A stretch of 64,000 nucleotides of DNA. It comes from Candidatus Brocadiia bacterium (lineage in GTDB: Bacteria; Planctomycetota; Brocadiia; CAIUPP01). The stretch's first letter is position 1. Each line of letters begins with the position of its first letter. A program made the position numbers and the translations under genes. Shown here piece by piece: positions 1-9,560 of this stretch. Under the pieces are notes generated by a model. That model saw only the letters and a program-made list of their open reading frames with translations, was not told the origin of the DNA and made no database searches. The stretch is taken from positions 194,847 to 258,846 of the forward strand of contig JBEKCB010000001.1 of the NCBI GenBank assembly GCA_050015075.1. The letters are read 5' to 3'.

Positions 1-95
1 GGATTATGTTATAGATTCTTCGCACGGGAGTTCTCGCCTGCCGGTTTCCGGCGTTCCCACTGTCGGGCGCTCCCGCTCTTTCAGGAATTGGCGGC

Positions 96-1097
96 ATGAG
101 AATCGGCCTGACGTTCGACCTGCGCACCGAGTACCTCGCCCTGGGCTGGTCGGCCGAGGACGCGGCGGAGTTCGATACCGAGGCGACCATCCAAAGCATC
201 GAGTCGGGCCTGCGCGAGCTGGGCCACGAGGTGGTCCGCATCGGCCGCTGCCCGGCGCTGGCCGGGCGGCTCGCCGAGGGCGAACGATGGGAGCTGGTCT
301 TCAATTTCTGCGAGGGCGCGCGCGGCCGCAGCCGCGAGGCGCAGGTCCCCGCGCTGCTCGAGTGCTTCGACATCCCGTACACCTTCTGCGACCCGCTCAC
401 CGCCGCCCTGACGCTCGACAAGGCGCTGGCCAAGCGCGTGGTCCGCGACGCGGGCCTGCCGACGCCGGACTTCCTGCTGGTGGAAGAGATCGAGGACCTT
501 CGGTCGCTCTCCATGCCGTTTCCGCTCTTCGCCAAGCCGGTGGCCGAAGGGACTGGAAAAGGGATTGACGCGGACTCCATCTGCCGCGACCGCGCCGCGC
601 TCGAGGCGACGTGCCGGCGGCTGATCGAGCGTTTTCGGCAGCCGGCGCTGGTCGAGGAATTCCTGCCGGGCCGCGAGGTGACCGTCGGCCTGGTCGGCAC
701 CGGCCGCGACGCCCGCGCGCTCGGCGTGATGGAAGTGCGCCTGCTCCAGTCGGCCGAAAAAGGCGTCTATTCCTATCAGAACAAGGAACAGTGCGAGCAG
801 CGCGTGGAGTACCGGCTCGTCGAGCCGGGCCCGTTCCGCGACGAGGCGGCGCGCGTGGCGCTCGAGTGCTATCGGCTGCTCGGCTGCCGCGACGCGGCGC
901 GCCTGGACCTCCGCGCCGACGCGCAGGGCCGGCCGAATTTCATCGAAGCGAACCCGCTCGCCGGCATGAACCCCTCGCATTCGGACCTGCCCATCCTCAA
1001 CGGCCTGCTCGGGAACACGTATCAGGATCTCCTCTCCGAGATTCTCCGTTCCGCCATGAAACGCGCAGGGACACGACCGGGAGGACCGCTCCGATGA
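96..1097 (+). CDS. D-alanine--D-alanine ligase-like ATP-grasp protein (copy 1)
   Basis: ATP-grasp motifs LTLDKALAK, FAKPVAEGTGKGI, VEEFLPGREVTV, RLDLR, FIEANPLAG. Confidence 0.85.
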   Translation: MRIGLTFDLRTEYLALGWSAEDAAEFDTEATIQSIESGLRELGHEVVRIGRCPALAGRLAEGERWELVFNFCEGARGRSREAQVPALLECFDIPYTFCDPLTAALTLDKALAKRVVRDAGLPTPDFLLVEEIEDLRSLSMPFPLFAKPVAEGTGKGIDADSICRDRAALEATCRRLIERFRQPALVEEFLPGREVTVGLVGTGRDARALGVMEVRLLQSAEKGVYSYQNKEQCEQRVEYRLVEPGPFRDEAARVALECYRLLGCRDAARLDLRADAQGRPNFIEANPLAGMNPSHSDLPILNGLLGNTYQDLLSEILRSAMKRAGTRPGGPLR

Positions 1098-2095
1098 AAG
1101 TGGCCGTGGCGCACAACGCGATCGCGGAGGGCGAGAAGGACGAAGCCACGCTCGACGTCATCGAGCAGGCCGACCACGTCGCCGCTTCCCTGCGCGCGGC
1201 CGGCCACGCCGCCAGGCTCTTCCCGCTCGACCGCGACGTCGCGAAGACGCTGCGGAAACTCAAGCTGTACCGCCCCGAGTGCATCTTCAACCTGGTCGAA
1301 TCCGTCGAAGGCCACGCCGTGCTCCACCCGTGCGCGGCGGCGCTCTGGGAACTGATCGGCGTGCCGCACACCGGCTCGCCCTCGTGGGCGCTCGACCACA
1401 CCACCGACAAGGCGCTCGCGAAGACCCTGCTCGCCGACGCCGGAATCGCCACGGCCGAATGGGCCATCTGCCGGCAGATGTCCGATAGCTGGCGCCGCGT
1501 GCCCGGGCCGTGGATCCTGAAACCGGCGATGGAGGACGCCTCGATCGGCATTGACGAGGACTCCGTCGTGCGCGACCCGGCGGCCGTTCCGGGCAAGCTG
1601 CTCGCCCTCAAGAGCCGGTTCCCGAACCAGGCCGTCCTCGTCGAGCGGTTCGTAGATGGGCGCGAGTTCAACATCTCGCTGCTGGCGGACGAGCGCGGCG
1701 CGCAGGTGCTGCCGCCGGCGGAGATGACCTTCATGGACTATCCGCCCGGCAAGGAGCGCGTGCTCGGGTACCGGGCGAAGTGGGAGCCGACGGCGTTCGA
1801 GTACGAGCACACCGGGCGGCGCTTTGACTTCCCTCCCGATGAATCGGGACTCATCGAGCAGATGAAACAGATTGCAAAACGCTGCTGGGCGCTGTTCGAT
1901 CTGCATGGCTACGCCCGCGTAGACATGCGCGTGGACGCGGATTCACGCATCTTCGTCCTCGAGATCAACGCCAATCCCTGCCTGACACCCGATGCCGGGT
2001 TTGCCGCGGCCGTCGCCCGCGCGGGCATTTCCCCGGCCCAGATGGTGCAACGCATTTTGGAGGATACCGTGTGTGTGCCGCCGCTGCCGCGCTGA
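1094..2095 (+). CDS. D-alanine--D-alanine ligase-like ATP-grasp protein (copy 2)
   Basis: ATG 1094 overlaps the upstream stop (ATGA); motifs TTDKALAK, LKPAMEDASIGI, VERFVDGREFNI, YARVDMR, LEINANP. Confidence 0.85.
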   Translation: MKVAVAHNAIAEGEKDEATLDVIEQADHVAASLRAAGHAARLFPLDRDVAKTLRKLKLYRPECIFNLVESVEGHAVLHPCAAALWELIGVPHTGSPSWALDHTTDKALAKTLLADAGIATAEWAICRQMSDSWRRVPGPWILKPAMEDASIGIDEDSVVRDPAAVPGKLLALKSRFPNQAVLVERFVDGREFNISLLADERGAQVLPPAEMTFMDYPPGKERVLGYRAKWEPTAFEYEHTGRRFDFPPDESGLIEQMKQIAKRCWALFDLHGYARVDMRVDADSRIFVLEINANPCLTPDAGFAAAVARAGISPAQMVQRILEDTVCVPPLPR

Positions 2096-2574
2096 ATATT
2101 CAAATCCGCGACGAACTGCTTCCCGCAGACCGGGAGCCGCTGGAGAACATCGTGCGCTCCTGCAAGTTCTTCCGCGAGGACGAAATCGCCATCGCCCTCG
2201 AGCTCATTGACGAGCGCCTGTCCCATGGCAAGGCCTGCGAGTACCACTTCCTCATCGCCGTGAACGGCGACCGCGTGGTCGGCTACTGCTGCTACGGCCT
2301 GGTCCCGTGCACCATCCACAGCTACGACCTCTACTGGATCGTCGTGGACCCGACGATGCACCGCGGCGGCATCGGCCGCAAGCTCGTCGCCGCCGCCGAG
2401 GAGCACATCCGCAAGCTCGGCGGAAAGCGCGTCTACATCGACACGTCGAGCCAGCCGCGCTACGAACCCACGCATCATTTCTATTCCTCCTGCGGATACC
2501 GCGTGGAAGCGACGCTGCGCGAGTTCTACGCCCCCGGCGACAACAAGGTCATCTTCAGCAAGGTGCTCACGTGA
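2071..2574 (+). CDS. GNAT family N-acetyltransferase
   Basis: Acetyl-CoA motif LYWIVVDPTMHRGGIGRKL and FY..CGY; overlaps the upstream gene; start uncertain. Confidence 0.85.
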   Translation: MCAAAAALNIQIRDELLPADREPLENIVRSCKFFREDEIAIALELIDERLSHGKACEYHFLIAVNGDRVVGYCCYGLVPCTIHSYDLYWIVVDPTMHRGGIGRKLVAAAEEHIRKLGGKRVYIDTSSQPRYEPTHHFYSSCGYRVEATLREFYAPGDNKVIFSKVLT

Positions 2575-2602
2575 GCGGCGGGCGCCGCAGGCCGGACCGG
2601 CC

Positions 2603-3469
2603 ATGAAAGCCCGCGTCGGCTGCATTCCGTGCTTCGTCAAGCAGGGCCTGAGCGCCGTGCGGCTTTCGACGCAGGACCCCGCCGAGCAGCAGCGCGTCCT
2701 CGACGAAGTGCTGCGGCGGATTCAGGGCCTCTCGCTCGACGAGACGCCCGCGCTCCTGAGCCAGATCGTCTACGCGGCCGCTCGCGAGATGACCGGCGTC
2801 GCCGACCCGTTCGCCGAGGCGCGCCGCCGGACGAATCAGCTCGCGCTGGCGCTGCTGCCCGACCTGCGCCGCCGCATCGCCGCCTCGCCCGACCCGCTGC
2901 ATACCGCCATCAAAGTGGCGCTCATCGGGAACGTCGTGGACCTGGGCATCGCCGGGCACGCATTCGACCTCGAGCGCGACATCGCCCAGGGGCTCGACGC
3001 CGCCCTGGCCGTGGACGATTACCCCGCGTTCCTCGCCGCGCTGAATGGGTGCCAACGGCTGCTCTACATCTGCGACAACTCCGGCGAAATCGCGTTCGAC
3101 CGGCTGCTCATCGAGGACCTCCGCGCGCGCTGCCGGGTCACCGCCTCGGTCAAATCGCGGCCGATCATCAACGACGCGACGATGCAGGACGCCGAGGAGG
3201 TCGGCCTGCCCGCCGTCGCCGAGGTGATCGAGACCGGCTCGGACGACATCGGCGTCAACTGGAAGCGCGCCTCGCGCCAATTCGTCGAGGCGTTCCGCGC
3301 CGCCGACCTGGTGCTCGCCAAGGGCCAGGGGAATTTCGAGACGCTCGACGAGACGCCCGGCGAGATTTTCTTCCTGCTCAAAGCCAAATGCCCCGAGGTC
3401 GCCGCAGAGCTCGGCGTAGCCGAAGGCGCCCACATCTTCCTCCGCAGCCGCGCACGCCGTCCTCGCTAG
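2603..3469 (+). CDS. DUF89/ARMT1-like damage-control phosphatase
   Basis: N-terminal CIPC, GNVVD, DNSGEIAFD, PIINDAT, KGQGNFE, LLKAKC motifs. Confidence 0.85.
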   Translation: MKARVGCIPCFVKQGLSAVRLSTQDPAEQQRVLDEVLRRIQGLSLDETPALLSQIVYAAAREMTGVADPFAEARRRTNQLALALLPDLRRRIAASPDPLHTAIKVALIGNVVDLGIAGHAFDLERDIAQGLDAALAVDDYPAFLAALNGCQRLLYICDNSGEIAFDRLLIEDLRARCRVTASVKSRPIINDATMQDAEEVGLPAVAEVIETGSDDIGVNWKRASRQFVEAFRAADLVLAKGQGNFETLDETPGEIFFLLKAKCPEVAAELGVAEGAHIFLRSRARRPR

Positions 3470-3677
3470 GATTCCAGGTTCGAGTTCTGGATGCTCAGCC
3501 ATCCAGTGCGGTACGGTAAACCGGAACCTTGCGGAGGAACGTCTCTATGGCGATCTGGTCTGGTTGGACGGTGAGGCGTTCTACGCCGACGCGGAGCCAG
3601 CCTCGGCGCTCTTCGGGTGTGCCGTTAACGGGGCCAGGTCTCACGTCAAACTGCAATCCTTTTGCCGAAGCAGGGCT

Positions 3678-4706
3678 CTACGGTTTGCCGGTCTGCGCGT
3701 CGCGGAAACTTCGCCAATGGAAGTCGAGCACCATTTCGCTCGCGTCGCGCCAGAAAGGCCATTCATGCTTGCCGGGCGACTCCATGGAGAGGAAGTTGAT
3801 CCTGCGCGCCGCCAGCAAGTCAGCCGTCAGCTTGTCCCGCTTCTCCTTGTCGGGCTGGTTGGCGGCCTCCTTCGCCGCCTCGTCGGCGATGATCCGGTTC
3901 TGCTCGACAAGGAACCGTGCCATTTCCCGGTTCTCCGCCAGCAGGCCGTAGCCGTCCTCCGTGCTACACCAGAGCATCATGGGCGGCAGCTTGACGTGCT
4001 TTTTCACAGCCTCTTCAATGCGGCTGGGGATGTCGAGCCTGGCGTATTCCTCCTTGTTCTGATCAGGATCGCCCAGCAGGGCCACCAGGTCGTAGCCGGC
4101 CTTGGCCGCCTTGTCGCTCAGGCGAAAGTAGTCCGAGCTGAGCGCGCTCACGGAGGCGAACAGCGCCGGCTTGCAGAGCATGTAGTGTAAGGCCCCAAAA
4201 CCGCCCATGGAGAAGCCGGTCACGCCGCGGAGGCCGCTGGTGCGGTAATGGGTCTCGACGTAGGGTAGAAATTCGTCGAAGAAGAAGGTAGCGAACTTGG
4301 AGTCGGGTTTTCGCGTGGCGTCGATGTACCAGCCGAGTTGGTCGCCGTCGAAGCTGGCGACGATCATGGGCCGCAGCCGCAGGGCCCGGCGGAGCGGGGC
4401 CATCTCGCTCCAGCAGGCGTATGGCGCGAACCCGCCGTGGAGGGCGTAGAGAACGGGGTAGCGCTGGTTGAGGTTATCCTTGTACTCCGGCGGCAGCACG
4501 ACCAGGGCGCGAATCGGTCGCTTCATCGAGGGCGATGGCACGTCGAACCGTTCGACGATGCACCCCTCGGACATGACCGTAACCGCTGGGGGCGCCGGCG
4601 CGGAAGCGGAGGGCACCTCCCTTGCGGACTGTGCCGCCGCCTGCGAGAACGCTCGCGAGAACAGCGCGCTGCATACAACCGAGACGAGAATGATCGGGAT
4701 CTTCAC
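3678..4706 (-). CDS. Secreted alpha/beta-hydrolase, putative esterase family
   Basis: YPVLYALHG, nucleophile GFSMGG, C-terminal GKHEW; GTG start at 4706 chosen for GGAG RBS and signal peptide. Confidence 0.8.
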   Translation of the reverse strand: MKIPIILVSVVCSALFSRAFSQAAAQSAREVPSASAPAPPAVTVMSEGCIVERFDVPSPSMKRPIRALVVLPPEYKDNLNQRYPVLYALHGGFAPYACWSEMAPLRRALRLRPMIVASFDGDQLGWYIDATRKPDSKFATFFFDEFLPYVETHYRTSGLRGVTGFSMGGFGALHYMLCKPALFASVSALSSDYFRLSDKAAKAGYDLVALLGDPDQNKEEYARLDIPSRIEEAVKKHVKLPPMMLWCSTEDGYGLLAENREMARFLVEQNRIIADEAAKEAANQPDKEKRDKLTADLLAARRINFLSMESPGKHEWPFWRDASEMVLDFHWRSFRDAQTGKP

Positions 4707-4846
4707 CCTGGATTCTCCCCATCCGACCTTTCCTATTTGACCGTCCTCCATAGGACAATCAGCTTTCAAACGTGAGACTGTACTTTCAAAGTGCCCGCTG
4801 CCAATGCGAATTCGCCAAGGACTATACAAAGCTTATGTGGCGTCGC

Positions 4847-5929
4847 CTAGCCCTCCGCCTGTCCGTAGGCCGTGGGCAGACGCGGGCTGAAGCGTTCCTT
4901 GCAGCCCCAATCGAGGAATGTTTCGACGGCGACATAAAATGTCTCGAGCGCCTCCTCGAACGTCCATCCGCCGGTGGAAGCCTGCTCAAAGGTGGCCGCC
5001 AGCGCGCCGCTAGCCATGCCGCAGCAGGCATCAATATTCAGCGCACAGCGTTGGATCATCGGATGGACCGGCGCCGGCCGCAGACCGGCCGCCTGGAGAG
5101 CATCGAAGACCCGCTGTTTGTAGGCGTGAACCCTCTCGACGTGCAATGGATAGGCCAGGAGCGACGCCCCGAGGAGTTGGCCGCCCATCCCATGCGAGTG
5201 CATGTTCAGGAAGAGATCGGCCTGCTCCTCGGCCACCAGCTTCAGGATCCCCGCGGCCTCCTTCGTTTGCAGTTGCCCCGGATTGGCGTCGTGCTGGATG
5301 TTGAACCCATCGCCGTTGGGATAGCCGCCCGGATGGGCGACCCGGTCGAGAGGCAGCGGTGCCCACTCCTTGCAGCCGGGATACCCGATCAGCCGCCCGT
5401 CCAGCCAGGAGCCCTGATTGGACCGGACGAATTCCTCGTCGGAGGCGCCACGGAGGTGATCCGGGCTTACCGCGCGGCCGTCCATGTTGATGCAAGGGAT
5501 AATAATGAAGCGGTACCCGGCGATCAACTCGACCAATCCCGGCCGCTCCCGCCCGCGCAGGTCTTGGCTCGTTTCCAGCAGCGTAATCAGGTTAACCGCC
5601 CCGGCGGCGGACTCGGACTCGGCCCCATGTATGCAGCAGCCCAGGATGACAACCTGTGGGCCGGCCTCGTCGGTCTTGTAGGTCGCCACATTGCCGGAGG
5701 CTGAGCTGCTGGCCCACGTCGCCGTGCCGGCCTTGGCCCGCGGCGGACCGTAGGCGACCGACCAGACGGGGAAGCCGCCGGGCGTCTCGGCGATCTGCTC
5801 CGCGTGGCCTCTTTTTACGCCCTTGACGACCTTGATGATCTCCTCGGGGCGAACCTGCCACCACCCCGGTCGCTCCGCCAGGCCGGGAATCTCGTGCCGC
5901 AAGAACTTCAATTTCACCCTCTTCGCCAC
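4847..5929 (-). CDS. M14 family zinc carboxypeptidase-like protein
   Basis: HGAE (HxxE), IIPCINMDGR, LNMHSH, distal TFE; no signal peptide. Confidence 0.7.
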   Translation of the reverse strand: MAKRVKLKFLRHEIPGLAERPGWWQVRPEEIIKVVKGVKRGHAEQIAETPGGFPVWSVAYGPPRAKAGTATWASSSASGNVATYKTDEAGPQVVILGCCIHGAESESAAGAVNLITLLETSQDLRGRERPGLVELIAGYRFIIIPCINMDGRAVSPDHLRGASDEEFVRSNQGSWLDGRLIGYPGCKEWAPLPLDRVAHPGGYPNGDGFNIQHDANPGQLQTKEAAGILKLVAEEQADLFLNMHSHGMGGQLLGASLLAYPLHVERVHAYKQRVFDALQAAGLRPAPVHPMIQRCALNIDACCGMASGALAATFEQASTGGWTFEEALETFYVAVETFLDWGCKERFSPRLPTAYGQAEG

Positions 5930-5962
5930 GATGTCTTCTCCGCTGTGATCGGAAACACCCGG

Positions 5963-8245
5963 TTACTGTTTGAACTGATACGCTCCGATGTCGGGAGCCT
6001 GGCCCGCCGGAATCTTGACCCCGGCCTTGTCTTCCTTCAGCCCCAAGTCCGCACCGGCCTTGATGGCCGGGCTGCCCGCCCGCAGATGGAAGTCGCCGTG
6101 CTCCGGATCGACGAAGATTTTCTTCAGGTCCGCTTCGAAAAGTTCACCCTCGCTGAGCTTGTGGTCGGCCTGGCGGTTGCCCCATTTGGTGTAGAGGTTG
6201 TGGTCGAAGGTGGCGATCAGGTGGGTCGGTCTATCGGCGCCGAGGCCGTCGATGATGTTGTTGCGGAAGACGACGTTTTCGAACTTGCTGTTGTTGGAGA
6301 AGACGGCGGTTTCCCAGTCGCTGCCGAGGTTGGCGCGGACCAGAGTATTGTTCAGGAACTGGACGTTCTTCAGGCCTATATCGTCCGCGGACCAGATGCC
6401 GACGGCGAAGGCCTTGTTGCTGCCGTCTAAAATATTGTTGCGGACGATCACGTTCTCGGCGTCTTTGATGGTCATGGCGACGTTGGAGTCGTGGACTTCG
6501 TTGCGCTCGATGACGATGTTTTTGTTGCCCACGTAGAACGTCAGGCCGTTGGAATGCATGCCGCGGATGTCGGTGACCAGGTTGTCCTGGACCTTGCCGT
6601 CGGTGCAGGTGTAGTAATCTACGGCTGTTCCCGTGGTCTTGACGATGCGGCAGAAGCGCGTGACCGCGTTGTGGCACTTGTAAATGACCATACCGCGGCA
6701 ATCGGGGCCGCCGCAATGATGGATGTAGCACTTTTCGACCACGACGCCGTCCGTATTGCTGACGCCCAGCGCCGGCGAACCCTGGACCAGGGTGATCTCG
6801 CAATCGGCGATGGTCAGGTCGGCGCCGCCCTCGGCGCTGATGCCGCTGACTCTGCTGCCGTGCCCCTGGTGCCGCACGATGAAGCCCCGCAGGGCGACGT
6901 GTGCAGCGCCGGTCAGCGCGAAGCCGTGCGACCGGACCGAGTTGTAAACCTGCGCCGGCTGGTCGCCCTCAACCTGTTCCGGCAGATAGAAGACCCGCCA
7001 GACCTTCTTGTCCGCCGTTGGTTCGAGGCTGTATTCGCCGGGCCGGCCGATCAGCCGCACCGAGTTGTAGAAGCTGTACCTCGAGGTATTGTAGGTCACT
7101 TCCGGAAAATAGGTGAAGCATAGCCGGTGCGCCGCCGGGTCGAACTTCTTCACCTCCTGAAAGGAGACCCAGTTGTTGCCCCCGTGCACTCCGACCGTCA
7201 TGCCGTCGTAATAGTGCGGATCGGCCTGGGTCAGCACCTTCGTGTCGGTGATGGTCGTCAGCAGTTCGCCCGCTTCGAAAACGTTTTTGCCCTCGGGCGT
7301 CCAGGCCCCGACCCGGGCGATCTTGGTCCAGTCGTCCTTCGCGCCCTCATAGGCCGAGAGCAGCTTGAAGGTCAGTTTCTTCACCGTCACCGGCGCCGGC
7401 AGATCGAACTTCTGAATCTCCTTGGCGTCGCGGGCCAGCGTCACCTTCAGCAGTTCCTTGCCGTCACCCAGGAAGGCCACTTCCTTCACCGCCGGGTAAT
7501 TCGGCTGCGGCTCGATGCCCACCGTCTTCACCGTCACCGACTTGTTCAGTTCCACGGTGAAGGCGCCGCCGGTAATCGGCTGGACCACCGCGGGCTGGCC
7601 GATGATTACACCGCTCAGCGGCGAGTCAGAATTGCCCATCGTTCCAGGTTCATAATAGATTTTTCCCGGAAAAGTCGACGCCATTCTGCCCGGGGCCTCG
7701 TAGAACTCTTTCACCGTCTCCTGAAAGAACGGGTCCGACATCTTGGGTTCCTGGGCCACGGCCACGGCCTTGTCGGCGGCGCAGAGGTTGAAATTCTTCC
7801 AGTCGGCCGGCCCGGGCACGTCCGTATAGAAGATCTCCTTCCACTTCGGATTGCCCTTGGCCTCCTCGGCTGAAGCCGGGTGCTTCCAGCCCGCCAGCGG
7901 CGCCCCGCCGTCGATAATCGCCCGGCCCGTGCCGAACTTGCCCGCCGTGTTGCCGTCGAAAGTGATCGGTTTGCCGGCCTCGCCGCTCGAAGTGATCGCA
8001 ATCTCACCGTAATAGGTCACGCCGCCCTTGAAGATCACCGTATCGCCGGGCGCCAACGTGGTCGTCTTGGCCGTGCCCGTGGCCGCCGCGTCGCCGGGAG
8101 AGTGTTTGAAAGCCTTCTCGGCCGCTGTCCCGGCGTTGGTGTCGTTGCCGCCGTTGAAATCAACGTAGTAGGCGGCCGCGTGGGACAGGCCACAAAGTCC
8201 CAACAGCAAAACCACGACCAGACCAAAACGCCAGGCAATCCTCAT
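5963..8245 (-). CDS. Secreted right-handed parallel beta-helix protein
   Basis: Signal peptide ending SHA-A; YYVDFNGGNDTNAGT start; beta-helix repeats (IERNEVHD, VRNNILDG, FLNNTLV); C-terminal DFHLRAGSPAI...PDIGAY. Confidence 0.8.
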   Translation of the reverse strand: MRIAWRFGLVVVLLLGLCGLSHAAAYYVDFNGGNDTNAGTAAEKAFKHSPGDAAATGTAKTTTLAPGDTVIFKGGVTYYGEIAITSSGEAGKPITFDGNTAGKFGTGRAIIDGGAPLAGWKHPASAEEAKGNPKWKEIFYTDVPGPADWKNFNLCAADKAVAVAQEPKMSDPFFQETVKEFYEAPGRMASTFPGKIYYEPGTMGNSDSPLSGVIIGQPAVVQPITGGAFTVELNKSVTVKTVGIEPQPNYPAVKEVAFLGDGKELLKVTLARDAKEIQKFDLPAPVTVKKLTFKLLSAYEGAKDDWTKIARVGAWTPEGKNVFEAGELLTTITDTKVLTQADPHYYDGMTVGVHGGNNWVSFQEVKKFDPAAHRLCFTYFPEVTYNTSRYSFYNSVRLIGRPGEYSLEPTADKKVWRVFYLPEQVEGDQPAQVYNSVRSHGFALTGAAHVALRGFIVRHQGHGSRVSGISAEGGADLTIADCEITLVQGSPALGVSNTDGVVVEKCYIHHCGGPDCRGMVIYKCHNAVTRFCRIVKTTGTAVDYYTCTDGKVQDNLVTDIRGMHSNGLTFYVGNKNIVIERNEVHDSNVAMTIKDAENVIVRNNILDGSNKAFAVGIWSADDIGLKNVQFLNNTLVRANLGSDWETAVFSNNSKFENVVFRNNIIDGLGADRPTHLIATFDHNLYTKWGNRQADHKLSEGELFEADLKKIFVDPEHGDFHLRAGSPAIKAGADLGLKEDKAGVKIPAGQAPDIGAYQFKQ

Positions 8246-8666
8246 TTTCGTTCCCGTTCTCTTTAGGTTCTGTGCGCCAGGTTTAACCCCATCGTCGTTC
8301 AGGCGGTAAGCCTTCAGCATGGCTGTGTCAGGCCATGCGCCATCGAGCCGGACGTAACGGGGAAAAGTTTCTCCCCGCAGTTGCTGCGTTGTGTCACGAG
8401 TGAAACGCTACCGTCGGGATTTGCTCATCGCGCACATAGCGGTCGGCCTTCAAATGTCGGATTCTGAACTTCGCAATCCCGCCTGTCAAGCGCAAGCCGG
8501 CCGGCGTGTTCCAGGAAGTTGCCCGCCAACAGATGCGTAAGCCGATGTTCTGTAATAGGATACGCACCTGCGCACCCCTCGCACGCCTGTGGGGAAAGAG
8601 GAGCCGGAGTAGTTTATCGTAGGAGCTGTTTAGCCAGCCATTCGGGACCACTGACCGCCTGCGCTA

Positions 8667-9542
8667 TCACCTGCTTCTGGGGTCAAGCGCGTCGCGCAGG
8701 CCGTCGCCTAGCAGGTTGAACGCCAGCACGGTCAGAGCGATGGCGGCGCCGGGGAAGGCGCACATCCACCAGTAGTGCGTCATGCTCTGGCGCGCCTCGG
8801 CGAGCATTCCGCCCCAGGACGGATGCGGCGGCTGAACGCCGATGCCCAGGAAGCTCAGCCCCGCCTCGCCGAGGATGTTGCCCGCCACGAGCAGCGTCGC
8901 GGTCACGATCACCGGCGCGAGGCAGTTCGGCAGGATGTGCCGGAAGAGGATCCGCAGCCGGCCCGCGCCGAGGGCCGCCGCAGCGGTGACGAATTCTTCC
9001 TCGCGCAGCGCCAGCACCTGGCCGCGCACGATCCGCGCCACGCCGCTCCAGCCGACCAGCCCGAGCGCGACGAACACCACCGCCAGCGACGGCCGCCGGA
9101 ACGCCGCCGTGATCGCCACCGCCAGCAGGATTCCGGGGAACGCGCTGAAGACATCCGCCGTCCGCATCAGCGCCTCGTCCGTCCATTTCCCGAAGTAGCC
9201 GGCCAGCGCGCCCGCGACGACGCCGATCAGCACCGACACCGCCGTCGCCGTGACCGCCACATCGAGCGACACCCGCGCGCCGTAGAGCACGCGGCTCAGC
9301 AGGTCGCGCGCGAGCGGGTCCACGCCCATCCAGTGGCGCGCGCTGGGTCCCTGCTCGGCGTCCTCGCGGAGCTGCGCGTCGTAGGCATACGGCGCCAGCG
9401 CCGGCGCCAGCAGCGCCGCCAGCGCCATCGCGCCGACGATGACCGCGCCGGCCAGCGCCGTCCGGCTGCGCCGGAATTTCCGCCAGCCCAGCCGCCACGG
9501 GCCGATCCCGCGCGGCTCAATCTTGCACTCCGCACTCCGCAT
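8667..9542 (-). CDS. Oligopeptide/dipeptide ABC transporter permease (DppC/OppC type)
   Basis: HWMGVDPLARD, EAA loop EEFVTAAAALGA, HILPN, EAGLSFLG, PSWG. Confidence 0.9.
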   Translation of the reverse strand: MRSAECKIEPRGIGPWRLGWRKFRRSRTALAGAVIVGAMALAALLAPALAPYAYDAQLREDAEQGPSARHWMGVDPLARDLLSRVLYGARVSLDVAVTATAVSVLIGVVAGALAGYFGKWTDEALMRTADVFSAFPGILLAVAITAAFRRPSLAVVFVALGLVGWSGVARIVRGQVLALREEEFVTAAAALGAGRLRILFRHILPNCLAPVIVTATLLVAGNILGEAGLSFLGIGVQPPHPSWGGMLAEARQSMTHYWWMCAFPGAAIALTVLAFNLLGDGLRDALDPRSR

Positions 9543-9557
9543 TCCGCACTCCGCACT
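9525..9557. repeat. Heptamer tandem repeat (GCACTCC) x4.7
   Basis: gcactcc gcactcc gcattcc gcactcc gcact between the two permeases. Confidence 0.85.
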
Positions 9558-9560
9558 TGA

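Noticed and set aside
96-2095. Calling the ATP-grasp genes ddlA/ddlB or van ligases
   Set aside because: They lack the canonical Ddl N-terminal motif and have no cell-wall or van gene context.
3520-3677. Protein-like fragment EERLYGDLVWLDGEAFYADAEP on the plus strand
   Set aside because: Could be a gene remnant, but no family recognised and no clear start; too weak to call.
8321-8660. Possible riboswitch or ncRNA upstream of the beta-helix gene
   Set aside because: Only short hairpins; no recognisable conserved aptamer motifs.
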